In this document: one piece after another, positions 44,220 to 54,015 of the stretch
Layout of the letters: the number at the start of each line of letters is the position of its first letter
Position numbering within the stretch: the first letter of the stretch is position 1
Source of the DNA: Actinomycetota bacterium
GTDB lineage: Bacteria > Actinomycetota > Thermoleophilia > RBG-16-64-13
Length of the DNA stretch: 64,000 nucleotides
Reading direction: 5' to 3'
Assembly (NCBI GenBank): GCA_016278725.1
Contig: JADQBG010000011.1
Location: 6,189-70,188 of the forward strand
Notes under the pieces: generated by a model
Told to the model about the DNA's origin: nothing
What the model saw: only the letters and a program-made list of their open reading frames with translations
Databases searched by the model: none
Made by a program: the position numbers and the translations under genes

Positions 44220-45623
44220 CTAACGGAAAAAGTGAATTGCCTCGCCGTGCACGTCCTCGGCCGCCTCGAGCACGCCTTCGGCGATCGTGGGATGCGCATG
44301 GATCATGTTGATGATGTCCTCGACCTTGAGCTCCTGCTCGATCGCCAGGCCGATCTCGTGGATCAGGTCGGTGACGTGCGCGCCCATCATGTTGGCGCCG
44401 AGAACCCGATCGGTGTCTTCGTCGGCCACGATCTGGATGTATCCCTGATCCTCGCCGATGGCCAAGGCCTTGCCCAGCCCGGCCATGCGGAAGCTCCCGG
44501 TCACCGGCTTGAAGCCCTCGTCCTTGGCCTGGTCCTCGGTCAGCCCGATGCTGGCGATCTCAGGCATGGTGTAGATGCAGCTGGGAACGGCCCGCAGGTC
44601 GCGTTTCACGTCGCCGCCCATGCAGTTCTCCACCGCGACCAGACCTTCATGCGAGGCCACGTGCGCCAACTGAATGCCGCCGTTTACGTCGCCGACGCAG
44701 TAGACGTTGGCCGCTGCGGTCTCCAGCTTCTCGTTGACCAAAATGTAGCCGCGCTGATCGGTCTCGATGCCCAGCACTTCGAGGCCGATGTTCTTGGAGT
44801 TGGGCGTGCGGCCGATGGAGACCAGCATCTTCTCCGCGGTGATCTGCTCGCCGCCCTCGACATTGGCGGTTATGAAATTCTCGCCGTACTCGGCGATTCC
44901 CTCGACTCGGGTCTTCAGCCGGATGTCGATGCCGCGTTTCTTGAAGATGCTCTGGAACTGCTTGGCCAGGCGTTTGTCCTCGAGAGGCAGCACCTGAGGC
45001 ATCATCTCGACCATGGTGATCTTGGTGCCGAGTTCACTGAAGATGCCGGCGAACTCGCAGCCGATGACGCCGGCCCCAATGATCAGCAGCGTTTCGGGAA
45101 GCTCGGTGAGGCGAAGGGCATCCGTCGAGTCGAGAACCGTCGGCTGGTCGAAGTCGAAGAAAGGCAGCTGAGCCGGCTCCGAACCGGTGGCGATGATCAG
45201 CTTGTCGTACTCCACGGTCTCCTTGCCGTCCGTGGTCTCGACTTCGACCTTGCCCTCGGCCACGATGCGCCCGTGTCCCCGGACCAGCTTGATCTTGTGG
45301 CGCTTGAACAACCCCTCGACGCCCTCGCGCATCTTGCGCGCGACGTCGTCCTTGCGTTCGTACATCCGTGTGAAGTCCGGCTTGATCTCGCCCTCGATCT
45401 TGAACCCGAACTCGTCGCCCTCCCGGGCCTTGTGCAGGGCGTCCACGCTGCCCAAGAGCGCCTTGGTGGGGATGCACCCGCGGTTGAGGCAGGTCCCCCC
45501 AACCAGGTCCTTCTCCACGCAGGTCACTTCTGCCCCGCGCTGTGCCGCACGGATGGCGGCGACGTAGCCGCCTGGCCCACCTCCGAGAACGACGATCCTC
45601 GTACGCTCGCTCACCGTGTCCAC
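44220..45623 (-). CDS. lpdA: Dihydrolipoamide dehydrogenase
   Basis: GGGPGGY, GGTCLNRGCIP, GAGVIG, HAHPTIAE. Confidence 0.95.
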   Translation of the reverse strand: MDTVSERTRIVVLGGGPGGYVAAIRAAQRGAEVTCVEKDLVGGTCLNRGCIPTKALLGSVDALHKAREGDEFGFKIEGEIKPDFTRMYERKDDVARKMREGVEGLFKRHKIKLVRGHGRIVAEGKVEVETTDGKETVEYDKLIIATGSEPAQLPFFDFDQPTVLDSTDALRLTELPETLLIIGAGVIGCEFAGIFSELGTKITMVEMMPQVLPLEDKRLAKQFQSIFKKRGIDIRLKTRVEGIAEYGENFITANVEGGEQITAEKMLVSIGRTPNSKNIGLEVLGIETDQRGYILVNEKLETAAANVYCVGDVNGGIQLAHVASHEGLVAVENCMGGDVKRDLRAVPSCIYTMPEIASIGLTEDQAKDEGFKPVTGSFRMAGLGKALAIGEDQGYIQIVADEDTDRVLGANMMGAHVTDLIHEIGLAIEQELKVEDIINMIHAHPTIAEGVLEAAEDVHGEAIHFFR

Positions 45624-45646
45624 CCTCCTCCGGTTTTCCCTCGTAC

Positions 45647-45679
45647 AAAAGGGGCGGGCCCTTGGCCGGCCCGCCCCTT
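45647..45679 (-). terminator. Intrinsic terminator-like hairpin between metF and lpdA
   Basis: AAGGGGCGGGCC/GGCCCGCCCCTT stem ending in TTTT on the minus strand. Confidence 0.65.
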
Positions 45680-45694
45680 GCTTCGCTTTTTTGG

Positions 45695-46591
45695 CTATAC
45701 CAAATCCGCCATTTGGAGGATCTCGGGTACGATCTCCTCCTTGCCAATGGCCATGATGTGGACCCCGTCACACACGTTCTTATCCTTGAGCAGCTTGATG
45801 TGCCGGGCACAGATCTCCATGCCCTTCTTGATGGCCTCTTCTTTGGGAACCGAGGCCATCTCCTCCAGGAGGTTGTCCGGCACGAACACTCCAGGCACGA
45901 ACTTGTTCATGTACTTGGCCATGCCCACGCTGGTGAGCACCACCAGGCCGGCCATGATCTTGACGTCCTTGCCCTCGGTCACCCCGCGCGCGTACTCCAT
46001 GAAGTTCTGGAAGTTGTCCATGTCGTACACGGCCTGGGTTTGGAAGAACTGCGCTCCGGCCGCGATCTTCTTCTCGAACTTGGCCTTCTGCGGTTCGATG
46101 GGATTCGACTCGGGCGTGACCACGGCACCGATGTAGAAGTCGGTCGAGCCTTGGAGCTCGTTTCCGGTCCAGTCGTAGCCTTCGTTCATCTTCTTTACGG
46201 CCTGGATCAGCTGCACCGACTCGAAGTCGTAGACTTCGCGGGCGTCCTTGTGGTCTCCGACGCTCACGTGGTCACCGGTCAGGCAGAGCACGTTGCGGAT
46301 CCCGAGGAAGTGCGCGCTCAGCAGGTCGTTCTGCAGGGCCAACCGATTGCGGTCGCGGGTGGTCATCTGGAAGACGGCGTCGCCGCCCTCGCTGACAATG
46401 TGGTGAGAGACCGCCATGGAGCCCAGCCGCAGGACCGCGCTCTGATTGTCGGTCACGTTCAGGCCATCGACCAGGTCCTTGAGAAGGTCGATGTGGTGCA
46501 GCATGTCATCGACCTGAGTTCCCTTCGGCGGACCAATCTCACCGGATACGACGAACTTCCCTGATTCTGCCGCCTCCCGGTACTTACCCAT
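45695..46591 (-). CDS. metF: Methylene-THF reductase catalytic subunit
   Basis: EIGPPKG, VTDNQSA, RDRNRLALQ, LTGDH, FFQTQ. Confidence 0.93.
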   Translation of the reverse strand: MGKYREAAESGKFVVSGEIGPPKGTQVDDMLHHIDLLKDLVDGLNVTDNQSAVLRLGSMAVSHHIVSEGGDAVFQMTTRDRNRLALQNDLLSAHFLGIRNVLCLTGDHVSVGDHKDAREVYDFESVQLIQAVKKMNEGYDWTGNELQGSTDFYIGAVVTPESNPIEPQKAKFEKKIAAGAQFFQTQAVYDMDNFQNFMEYARGVTEGKDVKIMAGLVVLTSVGMAKYMNKFVPGVFVPDNLLEEMASVPKEEAIKKGMEICARHIKLLKDKNVCDGVHIMAIGKEEIVPEILQMADLV

Positions 46592-47263
46592 TTAGGCTGC
46601 CCCTTTTTCCTCGTCCTTGTCACGAGCATCCAACCGTCCGGGCCGCTCGACGGCGTTCCAGCGCTTGGGACCTTGGATCTTCATGAACTGATCGATCCGG
46701 TCCTCTTTCTTCAACTGATTGTGGATCAGCACCCAGGCGCAGGGCTTGTCGGGATCCACCTCGCACTGCCCGTTGTTGGTACCACCGCAGGGGCCGTTCA
46801 AGATACCCTTGGCGCAGCGGGTGACCGGGCAGATGGAGCCGTATTCGTCGAGCACGCACTCGCCGCACAGGGAGCATTTCTCCTCGTACTGCAGATTGCG
46901 CTTGACGTTGCCCAGGAAGAGCGTGTTGGTCCCAGGGATCACGTGCTTGTCCGTTGCCTCGCGCACCGACTGGGTGCCGGCACCGCACGAGAAGACGATG
47001 AAGGCGTCCGTTTCCTTTGCCGCGTCCTTGCTCTGCCGAAAGATGCGCTTCATGTCGAGCTCGTGGCAGGTCGCATGAGCCACGTCGTTGCCGAGCACGG
47101 TCTTGCCCGCCGCTTCCAGCCGCGTCTTCATATCGGCGATTTCGTTCTCGCCGCCGGACTCGGTCATGGTCGCGCACTCCCCGCAACCGACCAGATACAC
47201 CTTCTCTTGGTCACCCAGTGCTTCGAGGATCTCCTCAAAGGGTTTCTGCTGACTGATGATCAC
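46592..47263 (-). CDS. metV: Methylene-THF reductase Fe-S subunit
   Basis: GCGECAT, CSLCGEC, CPVTRCAKG..NGPCGG, CAW; GTG 47263 after GGAGGT. Confidence 0.92.
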   Translation of the reverse strand: MIISQQKPFEEILEALGDQEKVYLVGCGECATMTESGGENEIADMKTRLEAAGKTVLGNDVAHATCHELDMKRIFRQSKDAAKETDAFIVFSCGAGTQSVREATDKHVIPGTNTLFLGNVKRNLQYEEKCSLCGECVLDEYGSICPVTRCAKGILNGPCGGTNNGQCEVDPDKPCAWVLIHNQLKKEDRIDQFMKIQGPKRWNAVERPGRLDARDKDEEKGAA

Positions 47264-47378
47264 TTCGTCATACCTCCGTTCTCGGCCCGCCACTGCGGCG
47301 GGCCGGATTCCTATAGCTTCTCGGTCACGGACAGCCGGCCCGCGGCCGATTGCCCGCGGAATGCCGGTGAATGACGGC

Positions 47379-48719
47379 TTACGCGCTGGTCATCTGTCGC
47401 AGGTAGCGAGGCACGTCCGCCGCCTCGCGGACACCGACGACGACCTCCCAGTCGGAAAGCTCTTCTTCGAGCTCGCCGCTGATCTGGGCCACGTAGCCGG
47501 GAATTACTATCTTGCGGTGCTTTATCTTCTCTTCGATTCCGCTCTTCTTGACGAAGGGGGCGATGGCGTCGGCCACGAACTTGCCCGCGGCCCACGAGGT
47601 AAGCACCGACTGCCCCTCGGTATCCATGACCAAAAGCCAGGTGGGCACCTTGCTGGCTTCGATCTCTCCCGCGACCGTGAAGTAGGTCAGAGAGAAGTTC
47701 GTGGTCAGCAGGACCGGGCTGTCCTCGGAGGGATCGTTGAGCGGGTAGACCCCCTGATCCATCTGCATCGGCCGCTGTGGGTCGGTGTAGATGTTCTGAG
47801 CCAGCACCAGGAGCGGCATCAGATGGCCCGGATCGGAGGTGTCGAGCACGATGATGCCCGCGTACTTCGCCACGAAGACCCCGGCATAGACGACCTGCAG
47901 GTTCTTGTCGTCCGTCATCTTGCAGGGGAAGGCGATGGTCGGAAAGCCCAGCGCGCGAAATTTCTTCTTGATAGCCGCGCGGCGGATGTAGGTCTGATCG
48001 CGAAGAGCGTCCTTCAGGTTGGCCGACATCGGGTCGAGCACCACTTCCTTGAAGTCGCCGTCGATCGCCTTCTGGCCGAGTTCCGCCAATTGATCCAGGT
48101 CGGGAGCCGTGATGGCAAAGGGAACGTTGAGCTCCTTGGCCGCGGCGGAGACTTGATCGAAGTTCTCGGCGGTGGCCGCGTAGAGCAGGGGTTTCTTGGC
48201 CTTGATGGGCTCGGCCGCCTGCTTGAGCGCGGCAGCATCCTCGCTCATCAAGACGACGGCGGCACCGGTGTCCGACGCCTTCTTCGCGCGGTCGGCCAGC
48301 CTGCCGGCGTCCGCCGACTCGATGGCGAACATCTTCGCGCGAAGCACCTGGCCCACCCGCTCGAATTCCTGGGTTTTGAAGGTCTCGAGCTTCTGCTCGA
48401 AAGCGGAGTCGTCGGTGTCGTCCCCGACGTACACCGCGATGCCCGGGGGATTCTCGAACCGCTTCTCATGGCGGTAGAGCACGGTCTCCTCGCCCACGCT
48501 CACGGCGTAATCGCCTGAACCGATCGTGACCTTGCGAACCGGAGGCGCCGAGGCTTCACCCAGCTCTGCCTTGACTTCGTCCGTAACGTGAGGGCACTTG
48601 TCCAACTCGGCCTTGCCGGCCGCGAGTTGCATGGCGAAGGCCATACATGTTGGGAACCCGCAATCCTTGCAATTAGTCTTAGCAAGGAGCTTGAAGATCT
48701 GAAGCCCGCTTAGCGCCAC
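47379..48719 (-). CDS. acsC: Corrinoid iron-sulfur protein large subunit
   Basis: KTNCKDCGFPTCMAFA, YRHEKRF, IYTDPQ, TTNFSLTYF, SVLTSWAAGKF. Confidence 0.96.
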   Translation of the reverse strand: MALSGLQIFKLLAKTNCKDCGFPTCMAFAMQLAAGKAELDKCPHVTDEVKAELGEASAPPVRKVTIGSGDYAVSVGEETVLYRHEKRFENPPGIAVYVGDDTDDSAFEQKLETFKTQEFERVGQVLRAKMFAIESADAGRLADRAKKASDTGAAVVLMSEDAAALKQAAEPIKAKKPLLYAATAENFDQVSAAAKELNVPFAITAPDLDQLAELGQKAIDGDFKEVVLDPMSANLKDALRDQTYIRRAAIKKKFRALGFPTIAFPCKMTDDKNLQVVYAGVFVAKYAGIIVLDTSDPGHLMPLLVLAQNIYTDPQRPMQMDQGVYPLNDPSEDSPVLLTTNFSLTYFTVAGEIEASKVPTWLLVMDTEGQSVLTSWAAGKFVADAIAPFVKKSGIEEKIKHRKIVIPGYVAQISGELEEELSDWEVVVGVREAADVPRYLRQMTSA

Positions 48720-48813
48720 AGGTGCTGCTCCTTTCTCACTTTATGACCATGAACAAGGCCCCCGGTGGCGGGGCGGCGGACCGCCCCGCCACCGGATGGC
48801 CGTACTAGACCTG

Positions 48814-51024
48814 CTAGAAGAGCGGATCCATTTCCAGAGCCGGGTGACCGACTTCGGTCAGGAAGGTGAGGATCTCGTCCTCTTCGGTCCCGTTCTCTTC
48901 GGTCGCGATCTTATCGTACAGGTCCTCATAGCCCTGACTCGCCGCGTTGGCGCCGATCAGTTCCTTGAGTTCCTCCTTGAGCTTCTTGGGCATCCACACC
49001 AGCCGGGCGATGCCGCCCTCGGCGCTGACGAACTTGCCCGAGCCCATGTAGAACTTGGAGTGCCCGATGAAACCGGGAGTCTGCGCTCCGCCGCCGACCG
49101 ATCCGGCCAGCGTCGAGAACTTCATCCCGCTCGGGGTCATGCCGGTGTGATCACGGTCCACCGTCATGATGCCGTTGCACATGGGAAGCACCACGCTGAT
49201 CGCTTCGAAGCAGCCGCAGGAGGTCATGGGCTCCTCGAGGATGCTGTATGCGTTGAAGCGTTCCAGCGCGTTATGAGACGCGGAGTAGACGAACTCGTTG
49301 ACGCCCTCCCACTGGCCCATGTGCTCGTCCAGGGTCATGCCCTTTTCGATCGGCTGGTTGGGCCCGGTGGGATTGATTTCGAACGCCGCCTTGCCGTCCA
49401 GCCAGTTGTACGCGCCGCACAGGCCGGAGCGCTCCGGGGTGATCACGCAAACGTGATCCGGGGCGAAGCTCTGGCAGAGCGTGCAGGAGTAGAAGGTCTC
49501 CACGCTGGTGTCGGTCAGAGACCCCAGCCGCTCGTCGCGCTGCTGGTAGACGGACTGAGCCCGTTCCAGCAGTGCCGAAACCTCCGGCTCTTGGGTGAAC
49601 ACGTTGACCTGAACCTTGTCCAGGATGCCGCCGAACTCGGAGTGGTAGCGGGCGTGGATGATCTTGCCCACGTGCTCGAAGGTGAAGCCGGCGTCGACCG
49701 CCTTTTTCGAGATGCGCTCCCAGATGATGTCCCGCTGACCGACGTGCAGATAGCCTTCGGCCTCGTTGAGGAAGTGGTGGATCTGCCGCTCGAGAATCGG
49801 CTCGAAGTCCGACTGCATCTTGCGGCCCGAGACTTCGACCAGCAGGCCGAAGGGGATGGTGGAGCCCGGTTCGATGTCGGCGATATCGGGACCCACCACG
49901 GTTACCTTACCGTCTTCCACGTCCTCGGCGGTGACGGTGAGTTCGGCTCCGGTCGCCTTGGGGCCCGCCATCTCCACGTAGAGGTCGTCCTTGCGGATCC
50001 GTTCCCCCTCGAACGCCGGACCGTAGGCCACGGGAACCGGGACCTCGGTGATGACGATCTTGAGACCGCGGACCTCGATGGCCTTGCTGACGATTTCCGT
50101 CAGGGGCACGTCCGAGCAGACGTGCTCGTAGGTGCAGACGCCGGTGGGCAGGATCTGCGGAATGTCGTCCTCCGCGATCGTCGGGAAGCCATAGTTGATG
50201 GCCCCCGCCGCCGCGGCGTATTTGAGGTCGTCCACCTCGCCCAGGGCGAGAACGAACGCGAAGACCCGATCCTTGTTGTACTTGAGGATGCGGGCGAAGT
50301 CACCCGGCTGCACCCCGCCGAAGGCCATGGCCGCCCGCGTAGCGAAGTTGACCGAGTAGATGTGGCCGTAGATCTCAGGGCCGAAGGGAACCAGTCGGGT
50401 TTCCCAGCCCACATCGACCCCACCTTCCACCAGCTGCTCGGCGAAGGTGGTTCCGCGGGATTCGCCGGCCATGAAGACGTAGAGGTACTTCCCTTGCATC
50501 TCCCGGGCGAGCGCCACGGCGGTCTCCACGTCCGGAGCCGCGCCGGTGACCGCGGCGAAACCGGGGGCCGAACCGTCCACGAACTCCACGCCCCGCTGAC
50601 GCATGATCACGTCGTCGGCAAACCCGAGCCAGATCCCTTCGGTCGGCGAGGGACCGACGCCCACGTACTTGAGGGCTTCGATGATCTCGGCCAGCCAGAG
50701 GGCGGCCATGCCGCCGTCCAGGGTCTCACCCAGATAGGGGAGCCACATCTTGGGGCTGGGCTCCGGCGGAATCAACTTCTCCGCCTCGTCCAGCACCCAC
50801 TGAATGTCCTCGAGTTTCTCGACCACGTGGCCCGTGATGCCGTAGATCACGGGGAGGTAGTAGCCGGTGTTGGGGAACTCGACCGTGGTCGAGGCGTCCA
50901 TGGAGGCAAGGGCCTCCTCGTACCGGCTGGTCGCCAGGTCGTAATAGCGGCGCACCCCGCGGGCCACGCCTCCCGCGATGGTTTCGCGGATGCCTTCCGG
51001 CTTGCGCTTAGCAGTTACAGCCAT
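48814..51024 (-). CDS. acsB: Acetyl-CoA synthase
   Basis: FPNTGYYLP, YSCTLCQSFAP, GLCGA, PMTSCGCFE. Confidence 0.97.
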   Translation of the reverse strand: MAVTAKRKPEGIRETIAGGVARGVRRYYDLATSRYEEALASMDASTTVEFPNTGYYLPVIYGITGHVVEKLEDIQWVLDEAEKLIPPEPSPKMWLPYLGETLDGGMAALWLAEIIEALKYVGVGPSPTEGIWLGFADDVIMRQRGVEFVDGSAPGFAAVTGAAPDVETAVALAREMQGKYLYVFMAGESRGTTFAEQLVEGGVDVGWETRLVPFGPEIYGHIYSVNFATRAAMAFGGVQPGDFARILKYNKDRVFAFVLALGEVDDLKYAAAAGAINYGFPTIAEDDIPQILPTGVCTYEHVCSDVPLTEIVSKAIEVRGLKIVITEVPVPVAYGPAFEGERIRKDDLYVEMAGPKATGAELTVTAEDVEDGKVTVVGPDIADIEPGSTIPFGLLVEVSGRKMQSDFEPILERQIHHFLNEAEGYLHVGQRDIIWERISKKAVDAGFTFEHVGKIIHARYHSEFGGILDKVQVNVFTQEPEVSALLERAQSVYQQRDERLGSLTDTSVETFYSCTLCQSFAPDHVCVITPERSGLCGAYNWLDGKAAFEINPTGPNQPIEKGMTLDEHMGQWEGVNEFVYSASHNALERFNAYSILEEPMTSCGCFEAISVVLPMCNGIMTVDRDHTGMTPSGMKFSTLAGSVGGGAQTPGFIGHSKFYMGSGKFVSAEGGIARLVWMPKKLKEELKELIGANAASQGYEDLYDKIATEENGTEEDEILTFLTEVGHPALEMDPLF

Positions 51025-51028
51025 TTAC

Positions 51029-52984
51029 CTACCCCCGCCTTTCAGCCATGTCGACCAGCACACGTTCACGGGCCTCGTGAATACCGAGGGCCTCACGCTT
51101 CTTCTGGATGTGGGCCATGGAGTGCTCGAAGATGTCCTCCCACTTGGGATGGAACTCGAGTTTGCCGCCGAACTTCTCTTCCCAGCCATCGGTGTGTATG
51201 TCGGTCACCACACCGGAGGCTTTCACGGGAGAGTCGACGCCCCCGAAGATGACGTACACGCCGCTACCGACGCAGTAGGTGGCGATTTCCAGGGCCTTCT
51301 CGCAGTAGTACTCGGGAGAGATACCGACCGCAGGTATGTCACTGATGTCCTCGCCCAGGCCGCCGGTCTCGACGATGTCGGCCAGCAGGGTGAGGATCCG
51401 AGAGTTGTCGACGCAGCTGCCCATATGCAGCACGGGCGGCATACCGGTGGTTTCGGCCACCTCGGACAGTCCGGGGCCCGCGTTTTCGAACATCTGCGGG
51501 TTCAGGTAACCGTGCTTGCCCGAGGCGTGCGCCGCGCAGCCGGTGACGATAACGATGACGTCGTTCTCGATGAAGTTCTTCACCAAGTTGACGATGCCCT
51601 CGTCCTGCGGCGTCTGCGCGTTGTTGCAGCCCACGATGGCCACGGCGCCCTGAATCTTGCCGTTGATGATGTTCTCGTTCAGCGGAGTCAGGCTCTCGCG
51701 GAACTTGCCGCCCAGCATGTAGCGAATGTACTCGTGGGAGAAACCGGCCACCACTTCCTGCTTGAAGTTCGGGATGTGGATGTCGGCGCGGTTCTCGTAG
51801 TTGTCGATCGCCATCTTCACGATCTCATTGGCGATCTCGCGGGCACGGTGCTCGTCGAACTCCATGTGCGTGGCGCCGGTCATCTTGCCCTTAGGCGAGG
51901 TGGTCACCAGGTGCGTATGGAAGTTCTTGGCCACGTCCACCAGACCCTGGAAGGTGCACTGGACGTCGACGACCATCAGTTCCACCGCGCCGGTCATCAG
52001 CGCGAGTTCCTGGTGGAGCGAGTTGCCTGCGGGCGGCACGCCCCGGCGCATCCAGATCTCGTTGGCGGTACAGCAGATGCCCGCCATGGTGATGCCCTTG
52101 GCGCCCTTGGACTTGGCGTACTCGATCATCTCCGGGTCCTGGGCCGCGTCCACGATCAACTCCGAGAGCGTGGGCTCGTGGCCGTGGATGATGATATTGA
52201 CCTCGTCCTCGTTGAGTACGCCCAGGTTGCTCTCGCTGGAGAGCGGCTTAGGCGTGCCGAAGAGGATGTCCGAGATGTCGGTGGCGATCATCGAGCCGCC
52301 CCAACCATCGGCCATGCACATCCGGACCGCGTGGTCCATGATGTTCTCGGCGTCCTGGTCGGTCCCGGCATGGGTGCGGTGCATGGCTTCCACGACCTCG
52401 CGGTCGAAGCCGCGGGGACGCACCCCCAGCTTGTCCCAGAGTTCCTGGCGCTTTTTGGGCGCCCGGTAAGACATGGTCTGGTAGCCCTCCTGGCGGCCGA
52501 AGTCATTCAGAGCGGCCTCGGCGACCTCGGCGGCCAGCGCCAGATCCTCCTTGCCTTCGACGTCGATGTCGTAGTAACCGGCAAAGCGGCGGAGCTTCAA
52601 GGGATCCTTGATGCGGTAGTCCTTGGTCTCCCCGCGGCCGACGGCGAGCAGAGTCTTCGCCATGTCGCGGCCATGATCCGCGTGGGCAGAAGCCCCCCCT
52701 GCGCAGGAGCGTAGGTAGTTACGGGCGGCAACGGTGCCCAGAGTGGCCCCGCATACGCCCCGCTTCTCGTCTTTGTTCTGCCCGGTAAACCGGCAAGGGC
52801 CCATGAAGCAGATCTTGCAGCAGGCCCCTTCCCCCCCGACGGAACAGTACTTGCCCTTCTCGTCGACCCGGGAGAACATCGTCGAGATGCCCTTTTCCTC
52901 CGCGACCTTGAGCATTTCTTGGGCCGCCGGGTCCATCGATTTGTGCGCGTAACCGTTTCCGTTTCCGGTCTTCTTTTCTGCCAT
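51029..52984 (-). CDS. cooS: Anaerobic Ni,Fe carbon monoxide dehydrogenase
   Basis: CCKICFMGPC, HADHGRD, HGHEP, GICCT, VQC, GCNN, GSCVDN, EKA; probable start ATG 52984. Confidence 0.96.
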   Translation of the reverse strand: MAEKKTGNGNGYAHKSMDPAAQEMLKVAEEKGISTMFSRVDEKGKYCSVGGEGACCKICFMGPCRFTGQNKDEKRGVCGATLGTVAARNYLRSCAGGASAHADHGRDMAKTLLAVGRGETKDYRIKDPLKLRRFAGYYDIDVEGKEDLALAAEVAEAALNDFGRQEGYQTMSYRAPKKRQELWDKLGVRPRGFDREVVEAMHRTHAGTDQDAENIMDHAVRMCMADGWGGSMIATDISDILFGTPKPLSSESNLGVLNEDEVNIIIHGHEPTLSELIVDAAQDPEMIEYAKSKGAKGITMAGICCTANEIWMRRGVPPAGNSLHQELALMTGAVELMVVDVQCTFQGLVDVAKNFHTHLVTTSPKGKMTGATHMEFDEHRAREIANEIVKMAIDNYENRADIHIPNFKQEVVAGFSHEYIRYMLGGKFRESLTPLNENIINGKIQGAVAIVGCNNAQTPQDEGIVNLVKNFIENDVIVIVTGCAAHASGKHGYLNPQMFENAGPGLSEVAETTGMPPVLHMGSCVDNSRILTLLADIVETGGLGEDISDIPAVGISPEYYCEKALEIATYCVGSGVYVIFGGVDSPVKASGVVTDIHTDGWEEKFGGKLEFHPKWEDIFEHSMAHIQKKREALGIHEARERVLVDMAERRG

Positions 52985-53013
52985 TCTCTGTGGTGCTCCT
53001 TTCTGCTTTACTG

Positions 53014-53949
53014 CTATTCGCCCTGCAGGCTCGCGATGGCCTGCCGGACGAGTTCGGCCGATTCTGGATGCCTGAGAACAAGAACCTCGCCGCCGGCCAC
53101 CAGGAGGCTGACCGCGGTCAGCGACTCCCACATCAAGCCGCGGGTCTTACGGTCTCCCGTGCCGGGCAGTTCGTCCTCCCCGACCTTGGTTTCTTTGGCC
53201 TTCCAGGCCTCTTGGCCCACGGTGGCGATGATGGGCATCTGCATCTTGGGATCGTTCTGGGCCAGCGCCGCCAAGCGGTCGCGCTCGAACACGGTGTACG
53301 AGTACTCGAGACCGTAGCCGAGAGCTCCGGTGGTGGGATCCATCATGATGTTGGTTTCTTCGACACCCAGCTGACCAAGGAGCACGTTGAGCTGTTTGGC
53401 CAGGTTGACGTCGATGGGCGAGAAGGCGATCACGCCGTGCTTGAAGCCCATGGAGGCCGCCCCTACCTGACGGTAGTTGTCCTCTTCCGCGTTGCCCAGC
53501 ACCACGCGCTTGTCACCCGCCGCCTCCGACATCTCGCGGACGACTTCGGCGTCACGGTCGATATCTCCCGATCCAACCACGACGAAGGGCACGTCCAGGG
53601 AATCGATTACCTCCTTGGCGGCAGCTGCTGCCTCTTTGGGATCCCGGTCCGCCCCGTTGGGATCAGTCGACTTCAGGCGCAGATAGATGAACTGCGCGCC
53701 ATAGTCCTCTACGACCTTCTTGGCCCATGCCTTGGGGTCGTCGTAGACGTCTTGGTAGATCTCGTTCAGCTCCGGGGACCAGTCGTCGGGCGCGGCGTCC
53801 CACACCTCGAAGCCGATCACCGGCGCGTTGGGCATCTCGCCCTCGAAGGTCTGAAAGGGAAATGTCGATTCCCCTCCAACCGTGAGATCGCCGATCTTGG
53901 ATTCGCGGATGCTGCCTTTGTAGTTCTCGTTCGGTGCCTGGAACGCCAC
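53014..53949 (-). CDS. acsD: Corrinoid iron-sulfur protein small subunit
   Basis: DVNLAKQLN, MDPTTGALGYGLEY, EAWKAKE, LRHP. Confidence 0.95.
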   Translation of the reverse strand: MAFQAPNENYKGSIRESKIGDLTVGGESTFPFQTFEGEMPNAPVIGFEVWDAAPDDWSPELNEIYQDVYDDPKAWAKKVVEDYGAQFIYLRLKSTDPNGADRDPKEAAAAAKEVIDSLDVPFVVVGSGDIDRDAEVVREMSEAAGDKRVVLGNAEEDNYRQVGAASMGFKHGVIAFSPIDVNLAKQLNVLLGQLGVEETNIMMDPTTGALGYGLEYSYTVFERDRLAALAQNDPKMQMPIIATVGQEAWKAKETKVGEDELPGTGDRKTRGLMWESLTAVSLLVAGGEVLVLRHPESAELVRQAIASLQGE

Positions 53950-54015
53950 GCGTCTTACTCCTTTCCTGCCATTTTGAGCTGCTCTCTCGCCGCTGGTTCG
54001 GTTTCTCCGGATGCC

